From Podarcis tiliguerta (Eukaryota), in assembly GCA_965153285.1 (NCBI GenBank), contig OZ229115.1: a stretch of 64,000 nt of DNA; one strand, given 5' to 3'. The position numbers were made by a program, and so were the translations under genes. The notes below the pieces were generated by a model, which was not told where the DNA came from, ran no database searches, and saw only the letters and a list, made by a program, of their open reading frames with translations. Positions 26,131 to 39,829 of the stretch are shown piece after piece; positions within the stretch are counted from its first letter, which is position 1, and the number at the start of each line of letters is the position of its first letter.

Positions 26131-26881
26131 GACATCCTTCTCCTAAGAAGAGCCTTGCTGGCCGTAACACTGGGTCAGACCAAAGGCCTGTCTAGTCCAG
26201 CATCTTATTTCCCACCGAGAAGAACCAGGTACCCCCAAGAAGAAGAAGAACACGAGCGCAGTAACCCTTTCCTACTTGTGGGCCCCATCAACGATGAGAT
26301 TCATAGCCATACTGCTGCCTCTTTCCCCTAGGCTTCATGGCCTTTCAGGATTGATAAATGTCTTTGTTGGAGGGGGAAGTAACTCTTTGGTGAGAAATGT
26401 AACTCAAGCTTCCATGTCAGGAAATGCCCTAAATAAAACAAAAGCAAAAGCATCGTCATCCCGTATCCTCTGTAGCCAACCATCAGAGCACCTTCCAGTA
26501 TCCCAAGAGTGAGAATGGTGGGGTCTTTCGCAAACAGCAGTGTTGGCAGTACACCCTGGTACTTGTTCTCTGACAGGGGATTTTTACAGTGTGACGGATG
26601 TTTAGGAGGCACAAGCTGTTGAGTAAAACACGGTGAAAGTTAGAAGAATTTTTTTTTTTTTTTGAAATTGTCATTCCACTCCCAAGATAGTTGGGTTATT
26701 GATCTTAGGGAAATGGGAGGGGAAATGCCTTCATTTATGTTTAGCATTCTTTATATATTATGCTTAAACTATCCTGGAGAGGCCTGATTTGATTATTTAT
26801 TTGTGTTATTTGAATGGTTGTTTGTATTAGTGCACTTTTTTCCTGGTTCACATGTGACAAGGACAATTGTGAACAAGAACC

Positions 26882-27019
26882 ATGGCATCTGAATTTGAGA
26901 ACCCGAATCCAAGTGCGAGAATAATGACATTCCACCCAACTATGGAAGAGTTCAAAAACTTCAGCCGTTACATTGCGTATATAGAGTCGCAAGGAGCTCA
27001 TAGAGCTGGACTGGCAAAG
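26882..27019 (+). CDS. KDM4A: KDM4A exon 2 coding part (JmjN)
   Basis: ACCATGG Kozak; MASEFENP...RAGLAK; donor AAG|GTAAAA; 138 nt. Confidence 0.95.
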
Positions 27020-30000
27020 GTAAAACAGACCACAAAAGTATTCAAAATGTTCTCTAGTATGATTCAGAAAAATATAGTGTATAGTTAACTTACTTACATG
27101 GGGGTTACATTCCAGAGATCACACCTAAAGCCAAAATCATGTTTAGTCCAAACCCATTATGTTTAGTGACAGGTAGGATTGCCAGATTTTCCTGGAACGC
27201 CACTCCCTTTCTGCCTGTTTTATTTTTTTTACATAAAGCTGAATGAGCAAATGTGCCTAAGTTGCCTTACTGTAATTTGTTGAGAACCACAGCATAGTGC
27301 TAATGAGAAATGTATTTTGCAGTGAAGACGTGTCTTTGGAAAGTTTTGATACACAGCTGCATGCCGTTGATGCTAAGGAAATAGTTCTTATTTTCATTAC
27401 AAATAGGTCTTAATATTCCTCACTGATAAAAATTGAGTTGTTTAGATTTGCATAGTCAGACATAGAAATTTTGCACGTTGTCTAATACTATTTGCTTGAC
27501 AATATTTGAGATGAAGGGTGATTTCCCCCCATATTAAAAGTTGAGACATTTTAATGACTGTATAATTCTAACCATGTCTACTCAGAAGTATGAGCTATTT
27601 AATTCAATGAGGCTTAGTCCCTACTAATTATATCAAAGCATTATGCCAATGAAAACTATATTATAGAATCATAGAATTGTAGAGTTGGAAGGGATCCTGA
27701 GGATTATCTACTCCAACCCACTGCAATGCAGGAATATGCAGCCGTACCCTTGGAATAATATCTTATGAAATCATGTGCCTTACTGGGTTACTTCTACAGG
27801 TTTTATTTACTTGCTATTTTGAACCATTGTATCATTTGTCTTTTGAACTTTCTAGGTTGTTCCTCCAAAGGAATGGAAACCACGCAAATGGTATGATGAT
27901 ATTGATGATGTGAACATCCCAGCTCCTATTCAGCAAGTAGTCACAGGCCAGTCAGGCCTCTTCACACAATATAACATCCAGAAGAAAGCTATGACAGTTC
28001 GGGAGTTCAGGAGGATAGCAAATAGTGATAAGTATGAAAGTTTAAATACATTTCTATTCTGTAATTTTATTTATAACAGTGATAGCCAACATGGCACCTT
28101 CCAGATGATGTTGGATTACACCTACAATTCCTGCCCATTAATCATGCTGGGTGGGGCTAATGGGAGTTGTAGTCCAAAACACATGGAGGGCACTACATCA
28201 ACTACCTGCTCTAGTTTTTTTTTTAAATAACTGCCAAGCAATGCCATGTATGACCTGTCCTTTAGTTTTAACAAAAAGAATAGATCTTCATACACAAAGG
28301 CTTGAGTCAGCCCTAAGGAGCCCCTGCTGCACATTGCAGTTCTTGCACCCATAATAAACTGATGTTTCCTCCTGTTCTGTGGTTCATAGGAATTGTGTTT
28401 ATCGCTGCTGACCACCCAGGAACACTGGTGTTCTTTGTCAAAGATTATCACCAGAATAATTGAGATAAAATTATCCAGTCATGTACTGTATTTCTTAATG
28501 GTCTTTTTCTTCTCAAATTATGCAAATCAGTTTTTTGGCAAAGAACTTGAGCCTGATTGCATAGCGTATAAACGTTATTACTAAAAGTAGAAAAGAACAA
28601 GAATGGAACATTTGGCTTCTTAGTTCTGCATGTTTATACTTATACATATTCCCTCTATCCATAGTGCTTATCTAATCTGTTTTCTATAATACGTTTTTAT
28701 TAAGACTAATCTGTTTTTGGTTTTTTAAATGACTGCTACTTTTTCTGACATTTCTATGAGATATGCCTATGAAAAAGAAAGTGAAAAGCAACTGCCTTCT
28801 ATTTTAGATACTGCACCCCTCGATATACTGATTTTGAAGACCTTGAACGCAAATACTGGAAGAACCTCACATTCAATGCTCCAATATATGGTGCAGATGT
28901 TAATGGCACACTCTATGACAAGGTAAGAAGCAAACTTATGAATAGGTGTCTCTAACTTGTGTATGGTTTACCTTGCTTTCAGTAGTGATTACAAACTCTT
29001 AACCTTGATGCTGAGCTCGAACCATTGTATGGTGTCACTGAAGCAAGTGCAGACTTACCTGTCCCTGTTGCTGAAATTATCAATAGCAGTAATATAGGAC
29101 AAATAATATTAGTTATTACAGCTGATAAGATGTTAATTGCTTGTTTCTGTTTGGCTTCATTTAATTTCTTCAGCATGTAGATGACTGGAATATTGGCCAT
29201 CTGAATACAATTCTTGATGTAGTAGAGAATGAAAGTGGCATTACTATTGAGGGGGTGAATACACCATATCTCTACTTTGGAATGTGGAAAACATCATTTG
29301 CCTGGCACACAGAGGACATGGACCTCTACAGCATCAACTACTTGCATTTTGGGGAGCCCAAGTCATGGTGAGAGAATCTGTTACGGAAAAGCATTTTGTA
29401 TATAACTTATATTTACCATTCTGTATTTCTAGTAAGAGTCTCATGGGCAAGCAAACTTTCTGACTTCCTTAGTTTGGAAAAGAGCAAAATTGGCCTATAA
29501 ATGTTGGTAGCTTAGCAATTGAAATTATTTCTCCATTATTTCCTATTATTATTATTACTACTACTACTATTATTATGATATCTAAAGCTCTTCAACCCCA
29601 AGCTCCGCTATGCTTTTTGTTTACTTAATGTGTTTGTGACTACAGGTACTCCATTCCTCCAGAGCATGGGAAGCGGCTGGAACGCCTTGCTAAAGGTAAC
29701 CATCTCTTTCTGTCTCAGTGGATGTATGCAGTTGATTGTTTCTGAAGAGCCATAGGATCTACTTTCGCTTTAACGCTACCATGGCAATAACCCTAATCCA
29801 GCATTATAAACCTAACAGCAGGGAGGAAGAACTTTTTGCACGTGAGGGAAAAACCTTTTCTAGTGCAGCAACTTACCCTAGTTCCCATACAGTTCAACTG
29901 ACAGGTTAGTGGAGTGATGAAATTTATTAAATCACAGTCAGTTTCTGAATGTTGAAATGAGCAATGTTGGAAGACTATTACCCTTGCACGGCTCCCTTTT

Positions 30001-33000
30001 CTTTTTTAAGGACTACATAGGTGAAGATATGGACAAACATTCATCTTTTCATGTATCTTCAAAGAAAAGTTAGTTCCTCAATTGCTATGTCCTTGCAGCT
30101 GAAAGAGGAAGCATTACTCATCAGCACAATCCAGTAGATCACTGTAATAATCGTGCCAAAATGTATAAATATACAGTATATAATACAACAGTGATGGTTG
30201 TACTGCTGGGAGCTAGTTTTGGCTTCCTTGGAGAAATTGGAAAACCATTTCGAGAAGAGACCTTGGGCGTGGGGAAGGACTGTACCCCAGTGTGTAGTCA
30301 CATATCCTTCATAATGGAGCTCCAGGTTCAGTTCTCGGCATCTCCGGTTAAAGACCGAGCAGGGCTGGGAAATATCTCTGCTGAGAGACTTGGTCTCTGA
30401 ATGAGTGTGTGGGAAGGGAAATTTCTTTGTGGTGGTAACCATTCTTAGAATCTGGGAATGAAGTGTTTGTTTTTATTCCTGCACTCCTACTTGGAGGGGG
30501 GGAGGCATTGAAGTTAGGCTGATTGTCTTAATTGTAATCTGTTTAGGCTTTCAAAATGTTTTTTACTCAGCTTGATTAAAGGAAATCCACTAGTTAGCTT
30601 CACTTTCTTTGGAACCTACAAACAAGATGCAGCTTCTATTAAGAGTCTAAAAAACGGATATTAATCTCCACCTTAGTTCTTGGGGTTTTTATTGTGAGGT
30701 GTCGCCCTCCCCCATTTTCATTATTTTGGTCCTTATTCTGAGTCTGTGACATAATTCGTATTGTGCTATGAGATGAGATAAGGAAAGACTGTCCACCTTT
30801 CCATTAAAAACAAGTGGGTACAGTCACCTTTGAGAGAGCATGATAATGGTCTGGTTTTTTTGCAGTCTTGTCTCTCTCCTGCTTGAGTAGCAAGAGTCGA
30901 GAATAAAGTATTAAATAATGTAGCCAAAGGGTATTTATGTGAGCAGCCCTTTTCATCCAGGAACACATATAACATCTTTACTTAAACAGGGTTCTTTCCT
31001 GGAAGTGCCCAGAGCTGTGAAGCTTTCCTTCGTCACAAGATGACCCTAATATCTCCATCAATATTGAAGAAATATGGCATTCCATTTGACAAGGTGAGAA
31101 AGGAGCATTGGCATTACTGCAGTTTTAGAGTACATCTAAGGAAGCATCAGGGATCCTTGTAAGATGACAGGAATTGGATTTCTGAGAAGTTGATGAAAAC
31201 ACCAGAAAATACAAAATCTCTTATGAGATCCCTTAAACTTTGGCCTTCCTATTTCTAGAAAGGTCTGGTCTTAAACTTACTAGACAAGATAGTTTTCTTC
31301 TGCAAGTGAATTATAAGGTGCAGGGTTTGATGCTGTGCAGGGGGATGTATCAAATTATTATTTGTTTGATTTGTGCCTACTTAACATAACATGCCTTAAC
31401 ATAGGGGTTGGCCACATCTCTATTCTAATAACAGTTTCACAGTTCTAATTGAAATGGAAAAGGCACTACTATAGCATTGAAAGATAGTTTTAGTCACTCA
31501 GTCTTAGCTGATACATAATTTGTCTAAATATTTGTTTACAAATGTACATGTGGCCAAATAAAATTTTAACTAAAATGTATGTTGCACCTCATTTCTTCTT
31601 CTGTCGAGATTGAAATATGCCATATATAGTTCAATTTGCAGAAGTTCTCAGTCTCCTAGAAATTTGAGAATAGTGCAAGTAAATCAGCCTTTGACAATTT
31701 AATTATTTGAGCAAAAGGGTAATTGAGCCCTATGATTTTGGATTCATAGTATTAGAACTTACAAGTAAGAGATAATGTGAAATGCAGATAATCTTAAGTG
31801 GCCTTCCTGTCTTACAGGTGACCCAAGAAGCAGGTGAATTCATGATAACCTTTCCTTATGGATACCATGCTGGCTTTAATCATGGCTTCAACTGTGCTGA
31901 ATCTACTAATTTTGCTACACTTCGGTGGATTGAGTATGGAAAGCAGTCTGTACTAGTAGGTGTCAATTTGCTTGCTGCTTGAAAAAAAAATCCCTACTTA
32001 ACAGCTTGATTTTTTGAAAAGGATCTTGGAACTACTGTATTTTTATAACAAATATTTTTGTTGGTGATTCTGGGCTGCAAAGTCGAATCAGCCAGTTTAG
32101 TCTTTCTAAGATTGATTATGCTTAAAAATGTGCAGTGGGAGGACTTGATTAGAGAACTTTGGAGTCCTTTACACCTCTACCCCATTCTGGTAAGCAGCAG
32201 TGATTGTTGGTATAGGGAGAGCTCTGATCTTGCTTCCATCTTTCCCCACAGTGGCCAAGTAAGTAGCCACAAGTAGCATCAGGGCAGCTTTATGGCACCA
32301 CTGCTCTGGCTGCTCCTGCGTGAAATAACAATGTGGTAATGAGACTTGTTGAGTTTCCCAGTACTCTTTATATATGTTTTGAGAGAGAGAGAGATTTTAT
32401 TGAACCTCCCAGTGCTCTCCCATCCAAGGGTCTGATCAAAGCTGCACACTGATCAGAGCAGTGGGGCAGCTGCAAATGGTTCTAGGCCATTCACTGGGTC
32501 CTTTTTTATTTCATCATTAATCATTTGTTACACCAACTAACAAATGTGTTGATGTCAGAATACAGCTCACAACTTTTGATATTAAGAATATTAGACAGGA
32601 ATTGGATGTACACACTTATTACCCAGCACTCCCCAAATACATTTCCAATTAGTCAGTGGAGCCCCCTACCTCTGTTATCCACTCCCTTTTTGCACATTAT
32701 TATTTTCAATCTCAAGTCCTAGTACCTGCTTATTAGTTCTGACTGGGAATGGTATGTGAAATCATTGGAGGGAAAACATGGTGGCAGAGTAAAGTAACAT
32801 TGGACGGAAATAGAAATAGAAGTGGCCTCACTTGGTTTGTTATTCCATGCAGTGTTCATGCCGAAAGGACATGGTCAAAATCTCCATGGATGTCTTTGTG
32901 AGAAAATACCAGCCAGAACGCTACAAGCTTTGGAAAGCAGGGAAAGATGCAACTGTCATTGACCACACCCTTCCAACTCCAGAGGCAGCTGAGTTCCTTA

Positions 33001-36000
33001 AAGGAGAGCTCCTCCAGAAAGTTAAGAAGGAGAAGCAATGTCCTGAGGAAAGTGAACCTGAAGAAGGATGCAAAGCAGAGGAAGATATGGAGAAGAAGAG
33101 GTATGTTTGTTTTTTTATACCGTACACAGAAATTGTGAAGTGGCCAATTCAGGAGCTGGATATTACCTTCCTTTCCTATGAAAAAATTTGATCAAAAGTG
33201 ATGATCAACCTGCTTAAGGACATGGCCATCAGCAAATTCTTGTTTTGATGTTTTTCTGGCTCACAGAGGGGTGATGAATATTTAGATGAGCGCAGGAAAT
33301 AAAAAGCATATAGCTGAGAAGGCTACTTAGTGCTATTTGATCAGCATTTTCTTTAAATGTATTTTCACTGTAGGCTTGTGAGGGAGCATTTTACAGAAAA
33401 AGCTGAGTTGATTTAATATATTGCAAACATCTGAATAGATTACCCTGCCTTTTCACAGCCTTTTCACCTTAAGTCTGTATCCGTGATGGATACATTACAT
33501 TGAAGATGGCTACTCCATGGCTACATAATAGTCAAGTCTCTCAGGACCTTTATGTAAAACAGGGATCTTTTTAAAGCTGAGGAGGAAATGCTGTAAAATT
33601 TATTCCAAGCATTGATGTTAATGAATGTCCATTTACTCTGCGGAAGAGTGTGGTATGGTTTCTATCACCCTTCTCGGTTGTTGTCTCCATCGTGATACAT
33701 GCATTTATTTAGTTTTGCAGGGAGTCCATTAATCAACTAGTCCTGATAGATAGCAACTTGCTGTGCTGGGTTCAGTTGTGCTTAACTTGTAAGCCTTGTT
33801 TTTGCAGCATGCCCAAGCATCGCATTGGAACCAAACGGCACCGCGTCTGCTTAGAGGTTCCTCATGAGGTGAGCCAAAGTGAGGCCTTTCCCAAAGAAGA
33901 GCTGGGTTCAGTGCAGTTTGACATGGAAGTGGCAGAACCGCCTGTTGGACCTGCTAGAGAGCCTGTGCAACAAGGGGACCAAGGGCTTGCACCCCCAGGT
34001 AACTGCTTCAAGGTCTTGCTCCATTGCACTACTCCCATCAGCGTGTACCATGTTGCTGCGGTTTTATTCATACTGTCACTCTGGTGCCATGTACCAGGTG
34101 CAACACACATTAGATTGAAAAGGGCTACTGTTTCTGCATTACATGCAGAAATCTAGGCAGTAAATTAGCATGACCTTTAAATCTAACTACAAAATACGTG
34201 CTCAAAGAAGCTGGGGCAATCACAGAGAAAGTAGATGGGTTCTTTGCAGTAATGTTCACCTTAAGTTATTCAGAGTCATTTGACAAAAGAAGTCCAATAC
34301 TAACGTGTCATTAAAAGCTTTTAGAAAAAATTAATAAAGTGAATAGCGGTTAGCCCCCATATCAAGAGGTGTTCATCTGAAAGTTGTAAAGGAACTGATA
34401 CAGAATTGCCAAAGGGTTCATTGTGGTAACAATAAATTGCCTATCGTTAACTTCCTTAGAAGGTAGCTAATATGTAGTGTTTAAAAGATTTGAAATAGAT
34501 TTGGAATGTGCACTGGGACATGCAAGTAGGGATAATATGTGTCCCCTTCCTCTTCCCTTAATGTTGAGTTTTAACATTATACAGGTGGAGAAATCAAAAT
34601 GGACATTTTTTGAAAAAATGCTTATGAAATGTGCAAGCATGCATGCTGAGAAATGGTGGGGTGGTGATGACACTGAGCTAGAATGTTTTCTTGATGTTTG
34701 AAGTCTTGGAATAAAAAGGTTGCTGGGGCACTGCTGACATAGCCAGGATCACCTCTGGAAGCCTCACTTGGAATTTGTCTCATTGGGCAGTTACTAATGA
34801 GTGCTTTAAACCTTGCTTTGGTCCAGAATATGCAGATTCCTCGGAAGTAAAATTCGAAGAACTGAAAAATGTCAAACTAGAAGAGGAAGAGCCAGACGCA
34901 GCTGTTTTGGATCTTTCCATCTCTCATTCTGTGACTTCAGCCTTGACCCAGTCAGCCATGAAGCAAAGTTCAGCCTCCAGCTCTCAGTCTGGCTCTTCAA
35001 TGTGTTCAAGTTCTTCAGATTCTGAATCTCCTGACTTCCCCAGGCAGGCTCTTGAGCAAACTGAAGTTCTCACAGTGCACAGTTATGCTAAAGAAGAGGT
35101 CGGTGGCATGGACAGTGAGCAGCCCTCTGGAAAAAAAGCCGGTGCTACTACCCGTGTGGATGAACAGGAACTTGCAAAAGTAATTGGAATATTAGTATTG
35201 GGATTGCATTACAAGAGCAGTCTTGCTGTAGCATATGCTGCAAGCAGACTAATGATCAGTGATATCTAAATTGTATGAATTGTGTAATAGATCAGGCTTG
35301 ACCTTAAGACTGGTCTTCTTTTATGTAATGGGATGTCAGCTGTATCCTTGTAGTGTTTGCTAGTACAAGCATAAGCTAGATGTTAAATAGGTGTGCATTT
35401 GTGCTAGGACTGTGTTTTCTGCTTTGGGCACCAAGTAACTCTAGATGTCCAAAAGCTAAATATTTGCGCCTCAGGTTTTTAAGACATGAGTACTTTCTCC
35501 AAGTGAAAGTCTTGTATGTCATGGAACATAAGCCACAAAACAAACAAGCTGTTTTCACTTTCAGACTCTGTCCTGTAGCTTGGTACAGCAAAAGCATTTT
35601 GCAGATTTCGGCTTTTCTCTCTCTTCTTCCTGACTTCAGTTATGAAAATTCTCTCCCCCCCCCCCCCCCCCGGTGCCGCACAATCTGTTTATGTTGTGCT
35701 GCATCTGTTGTCTGTGAAGAGATGTCCACTGACCTACCTCTGTCTTTTCCAGATGGCAAAGGAGTACATCAGATCAGTAAAAGAACGTAAAAAATCAAAA
35801 GGGCGTCGCCAGCCCCTGAGCAAACTACCACGCCATCACCCACTTCTGGTTAAAGATGGCCTCAGTGATGATGGTAAGTTCAGTGTTGTTTCCTTACCGC
35901 AGTAGAGGTCTGTTGTGGATGCTAGTGAGGATTGGGGATTCCCAGATGTGTGCCCTTGTGCAGTTGCTGGGCAGACACAATTTTTTTGATTTTTTAAAGG

Positions 36001-39000
36001 TGTGCGTATTGCTCACTTGTTTCCTACAAGCATGCCACATTTGTGCAAAATGAACACATTTGAATGAATGAATTGGAAGGCAGGGACAAAGACAAAGGGG
36101 AATGCGTACTGGCATGGATGGAAGCAAGCAGATTTTGTCTCCAACTGCAATGTGTGTATATGTGGACTAATGAAGTAAAATTTGAACGGAGAAAATGTGG
36201 ATTCCAAACGAAATCCCTGCCCCCACGTTATTCCTTGAAATATGTCCTCTTACTCATTTCTGGAATATTTTGATTAATAATTCCTGAGAAGATGCAATGC
36301 GTGGCTAACTGAACTAGAATTACTCTGGCATTGAATTTTCAGCCAGCAGGTTAGGGGCAGGTACAGGGCTTTGATCTGTTTTTGTTCCTAAAATTCAACA
36401 CACTTTTTGTATCTATTTACATTTAGTGCGTACTGTGTTACTTCCAAGTTATTGATCCCATAAATTAAATAGGCTTGAGGATCATCATGCTAGAGCTTCC
36501 ACTATTGCACCACATGTGTGAGAACCATGCTTGTAATTGCTGCTGGTGAAGCAAACTTTCAGCAGGACTGGGCAGTTGTACACTTTTGGGGACAGTGAGA
36601 CCAGTGTCGTTTGGTAGTACTTGTGAAGTGGGTCAAATCGTTAAGGAATTTTCCAACAATCTATAAGTCCCTTGACTTGGCTATTTTGCAGCTCAGGTTT
36701 GTAAGCTTTGAAAGACCCCTGTGTATCTTATTGCAGAGATGTCAGAGCAGCTGGCACCAGATGAAGAAACTGAGGAGATAGAAACATGGGCAAAGCCACT
36801 CAGCCAACTATGGCAGAATCGCCCTCCAAACTTTGAGGCAGAAAAGGAGTACAACTCAGCCATGGCTCAGCAAGCCCCCTATTGTGCAGTCTGCATGCTG
36901 TTCCAAACCTACCAGGTAAGCAGACCAAATCTTTTAGAGGTCTTTGTAGTGCAACAGTGCTGAGAGAAAAGAGCCAAGGATATAATAAAAACTAGGTTGT
37001 GGACATTGAACACCAGGAACTAACAGCAGCAGCAGAGAAAACATGTTCCCCTCTTAACTTTCAACTTTCTTGGGCATACAAAATTAACCACAATTATATT
37101 GAATTTTTGCTTAATCCTCAAGAAAGAAGGGCATTTTCACTGGCCAGGTTTAATTCAAATCCTTCAAACCTCCTATGGGGAAGGTTCTCGGGAATGGTGG
37201 AAGGAGAAAGAATTTGGCCATGTGAAGACCATCAGGTGGAAACTCTTACACATATGGTTCTTAAATGTAAACTATATATTGATCTCCGCCAGCAGTTCCT
37301 AGATCAACTCTGCATCCCCAAATGGAAACCAGAGTTTCATACATTTTCTATTATTGGGGAATAATCAGGAGCTTACCAAGTTAGTGGCTAAATACCTTTA
37401 TCTGGTTTTTTGTCGTCGAAACACATTGCAGACATCTGATCTCTCTGGAGACCTAGAGATCTAATGTTAGACTGCTTTGCCGCTTTCATTTGACAAATGT
37501 TTTGTGTCACTGGAAAGGCGGGAATTCTGTATTGATTTGCTATGGATGTTTGTATGTGATGCCAATAAGAGGTTTGATGATGATTAGTGAAATATATATA
37601 AAGCACAGTTTTAATGGATACAGTTTTCAAGAATGCCCTTTTAAAAGTGCTTGAAATGTGTCTGAATAATTTGCATGCATCTTAAAAGGCATGTACCATT
37701 TTGTATCTGTTGTTTGATCTTAATTCTGTTGTACAGTAACATTTTATTGGTTGTGCAGTTTGTTTGGCGGTCTTTTTTCTTAAACAAGGAAGAGTTCACT
37801 AAGCCTTCCCTTCAATATTACCTTGCAGAGTTTGCTTCCATAGAGAGTTACTTGTGAAAATACTGCGGGGTATGGGTCTCTTTAAATCGTGTTGGATTGT
37901 TTCCAACAGCTGCTAGAGCCTACCCTTATCAACACCTTCCATTTAGCTTCTCTGAGCCAAATCTATTAGAAACCTCTGTAGCAGTTTGATGTGACCCAGG
38001 AAGCATTGAATATGGAGCAAGATAATAAAACAGAATGGGTACTATAATGGGATTACAGTATAAGATAACTGAGGTCTAATTTAGCCTGTCCTCGATCTTG
38101 GCATATGATTACTTGTTTAATTTTAAATTACTTGTTTAAATTGTTTAAATTATTTAAAATTATGCCCTCACATTTGTACTTTGGTCTGACAGCAAGTTGG
38201 CTTACTGGGTTGGGGGGGGGGTGTCAGTAATATTTAGTGTTTCTTTCTCACTAGGGAATTTTACTAAATCTATGTCTGATTTGTCACTAACCTTGTCATT
38301 GGCTGTGTTACTTGTCTGTTTAAGACTAGAGTATTGGTAGTTCTTGTGTTTGGACAGGACTGTACCTGATAGGTAGCGTACTGAATGAGTAGGTGGCCTT
38401 TGTTATTACCTACACTCTTAACTGTCTTCCCAAACTGGTGTCCTATTAAATTTCCTCCTCTCACAGGCAGATTGTGGAGGCCAGAGCTCGCAGGCAGCTC
38501 CAGATGCTGATGGAAAGATGAGAACTAAGCCCCTGATTCCTGAGATGTGCTTTACTACCACTGGCTGCAGCACAGATGTCAGCCTCTCCACTCCGTACTT
38601 GGAGGAAGATGGCACCAGTCTTCTGGTCACTTGCAAACAGTGTCAAGTTCGAGTACATGCCAGTGAGTACTAAATATCCTGGGTGTGATCCTGTGCTATG
38701 ATATTAAATGCTGTCCCTCCATTTTACTCTGTTTTAAAAAGGGAAAGATGGACCTGTGGTAACTCACAGGGAAGGATGCAGAAAAATATTATTGAGCTGC
38801 CTTCTGGGAACTACCTTGATTTGTACAGAGAATAAAATGAACAAGTGCATGGAATACCTTGCATTAGTGTGAATTAGCTAAGAAATGAACAGTAAATCTA
38901 ATCTGTGCACATAGTAGAACTAGAGCATGCCAAAGAAATTATGCAGCAGATTAAAAAAAGCATACAGAAAGCATTTGCACACCACACATAGTGGAACTGT

Positions 39001-39772
39001 GAAATTCTTCCACTTGAAAGTTTGTATAAGAGTTCATTAAAAAAAGACAGCAAATGATCAATAGGAATATCAGCTGCTATTAGGATTGCCACAATAAATT
39101 GTCTACATAAAGTTTTGGGTATTCTTAACACTTCCAGTCTCTAGCTATTTATAATGAGAAAACTAAATCTGGTTAGTTACCCAGTTTTAATAATTTAGCC
39201 CCTCATTCCTAACAGAGTCAGGATGTGAAAACCCACCTACCCCTACCCCCATGACTGTTCTTAGGTAAATCATGAAGAAATGTGGGTATTCCCATTTTGA
39301 AATAAAATATGAAAAGCATGTAAGAGGCTCAGTGCTATTGTTAGATATGTACTACTATGATTTGAATGGGTGATGGAATGGTTAGTCTAAAGTCCGCTCA
39401 TGTTCTGGTGTTGTCTATTTCTTCTCCCTCTGGTCTGAATGCCATACTGTTGTTTTCGGGGACGCAACTGCCGTATTCAGCTATGCAGTGATTAATTCTA
39501 TCAGTAAATAAAGTTACTGAAGCAGGAAGAGTAGAGTCTGAAAAAGCTTGCCAGTTTAGTTATATGTTGCTGCTTCACAGTGAGCTGTGCCCAAAGAAAT
39601 TTACAACATAAATCAATCTATCAAAGTACAAAAAAGAAAGGGGGAGAAATCAGTTTACAAACCTACCAATAAATCCAAATAGGATAAAATCAATAATTCA
39701 GAAAACATTGAAGAAATAAATAATCTAGATTTAACTTACATTTTGCTCCATATTTATGTATTAATGGACAAT

Positions 39773-39829
<57 letters not shown>

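Noticed and set aside
25069-26331. Many overlapping Pro/Arg/Gly-rich ORFs
   Set aside because: Expected from stop-codon scarcity in a CpG island; no domain similarity.
29174-32870. Catalytically altered KDM4A
   Set aside because: Iron ligands (HTE, YHA), the HKM lysine and Zn ligands (SCE, RHK, CSC) are all intact; an ordinary active enzyme is predicted.
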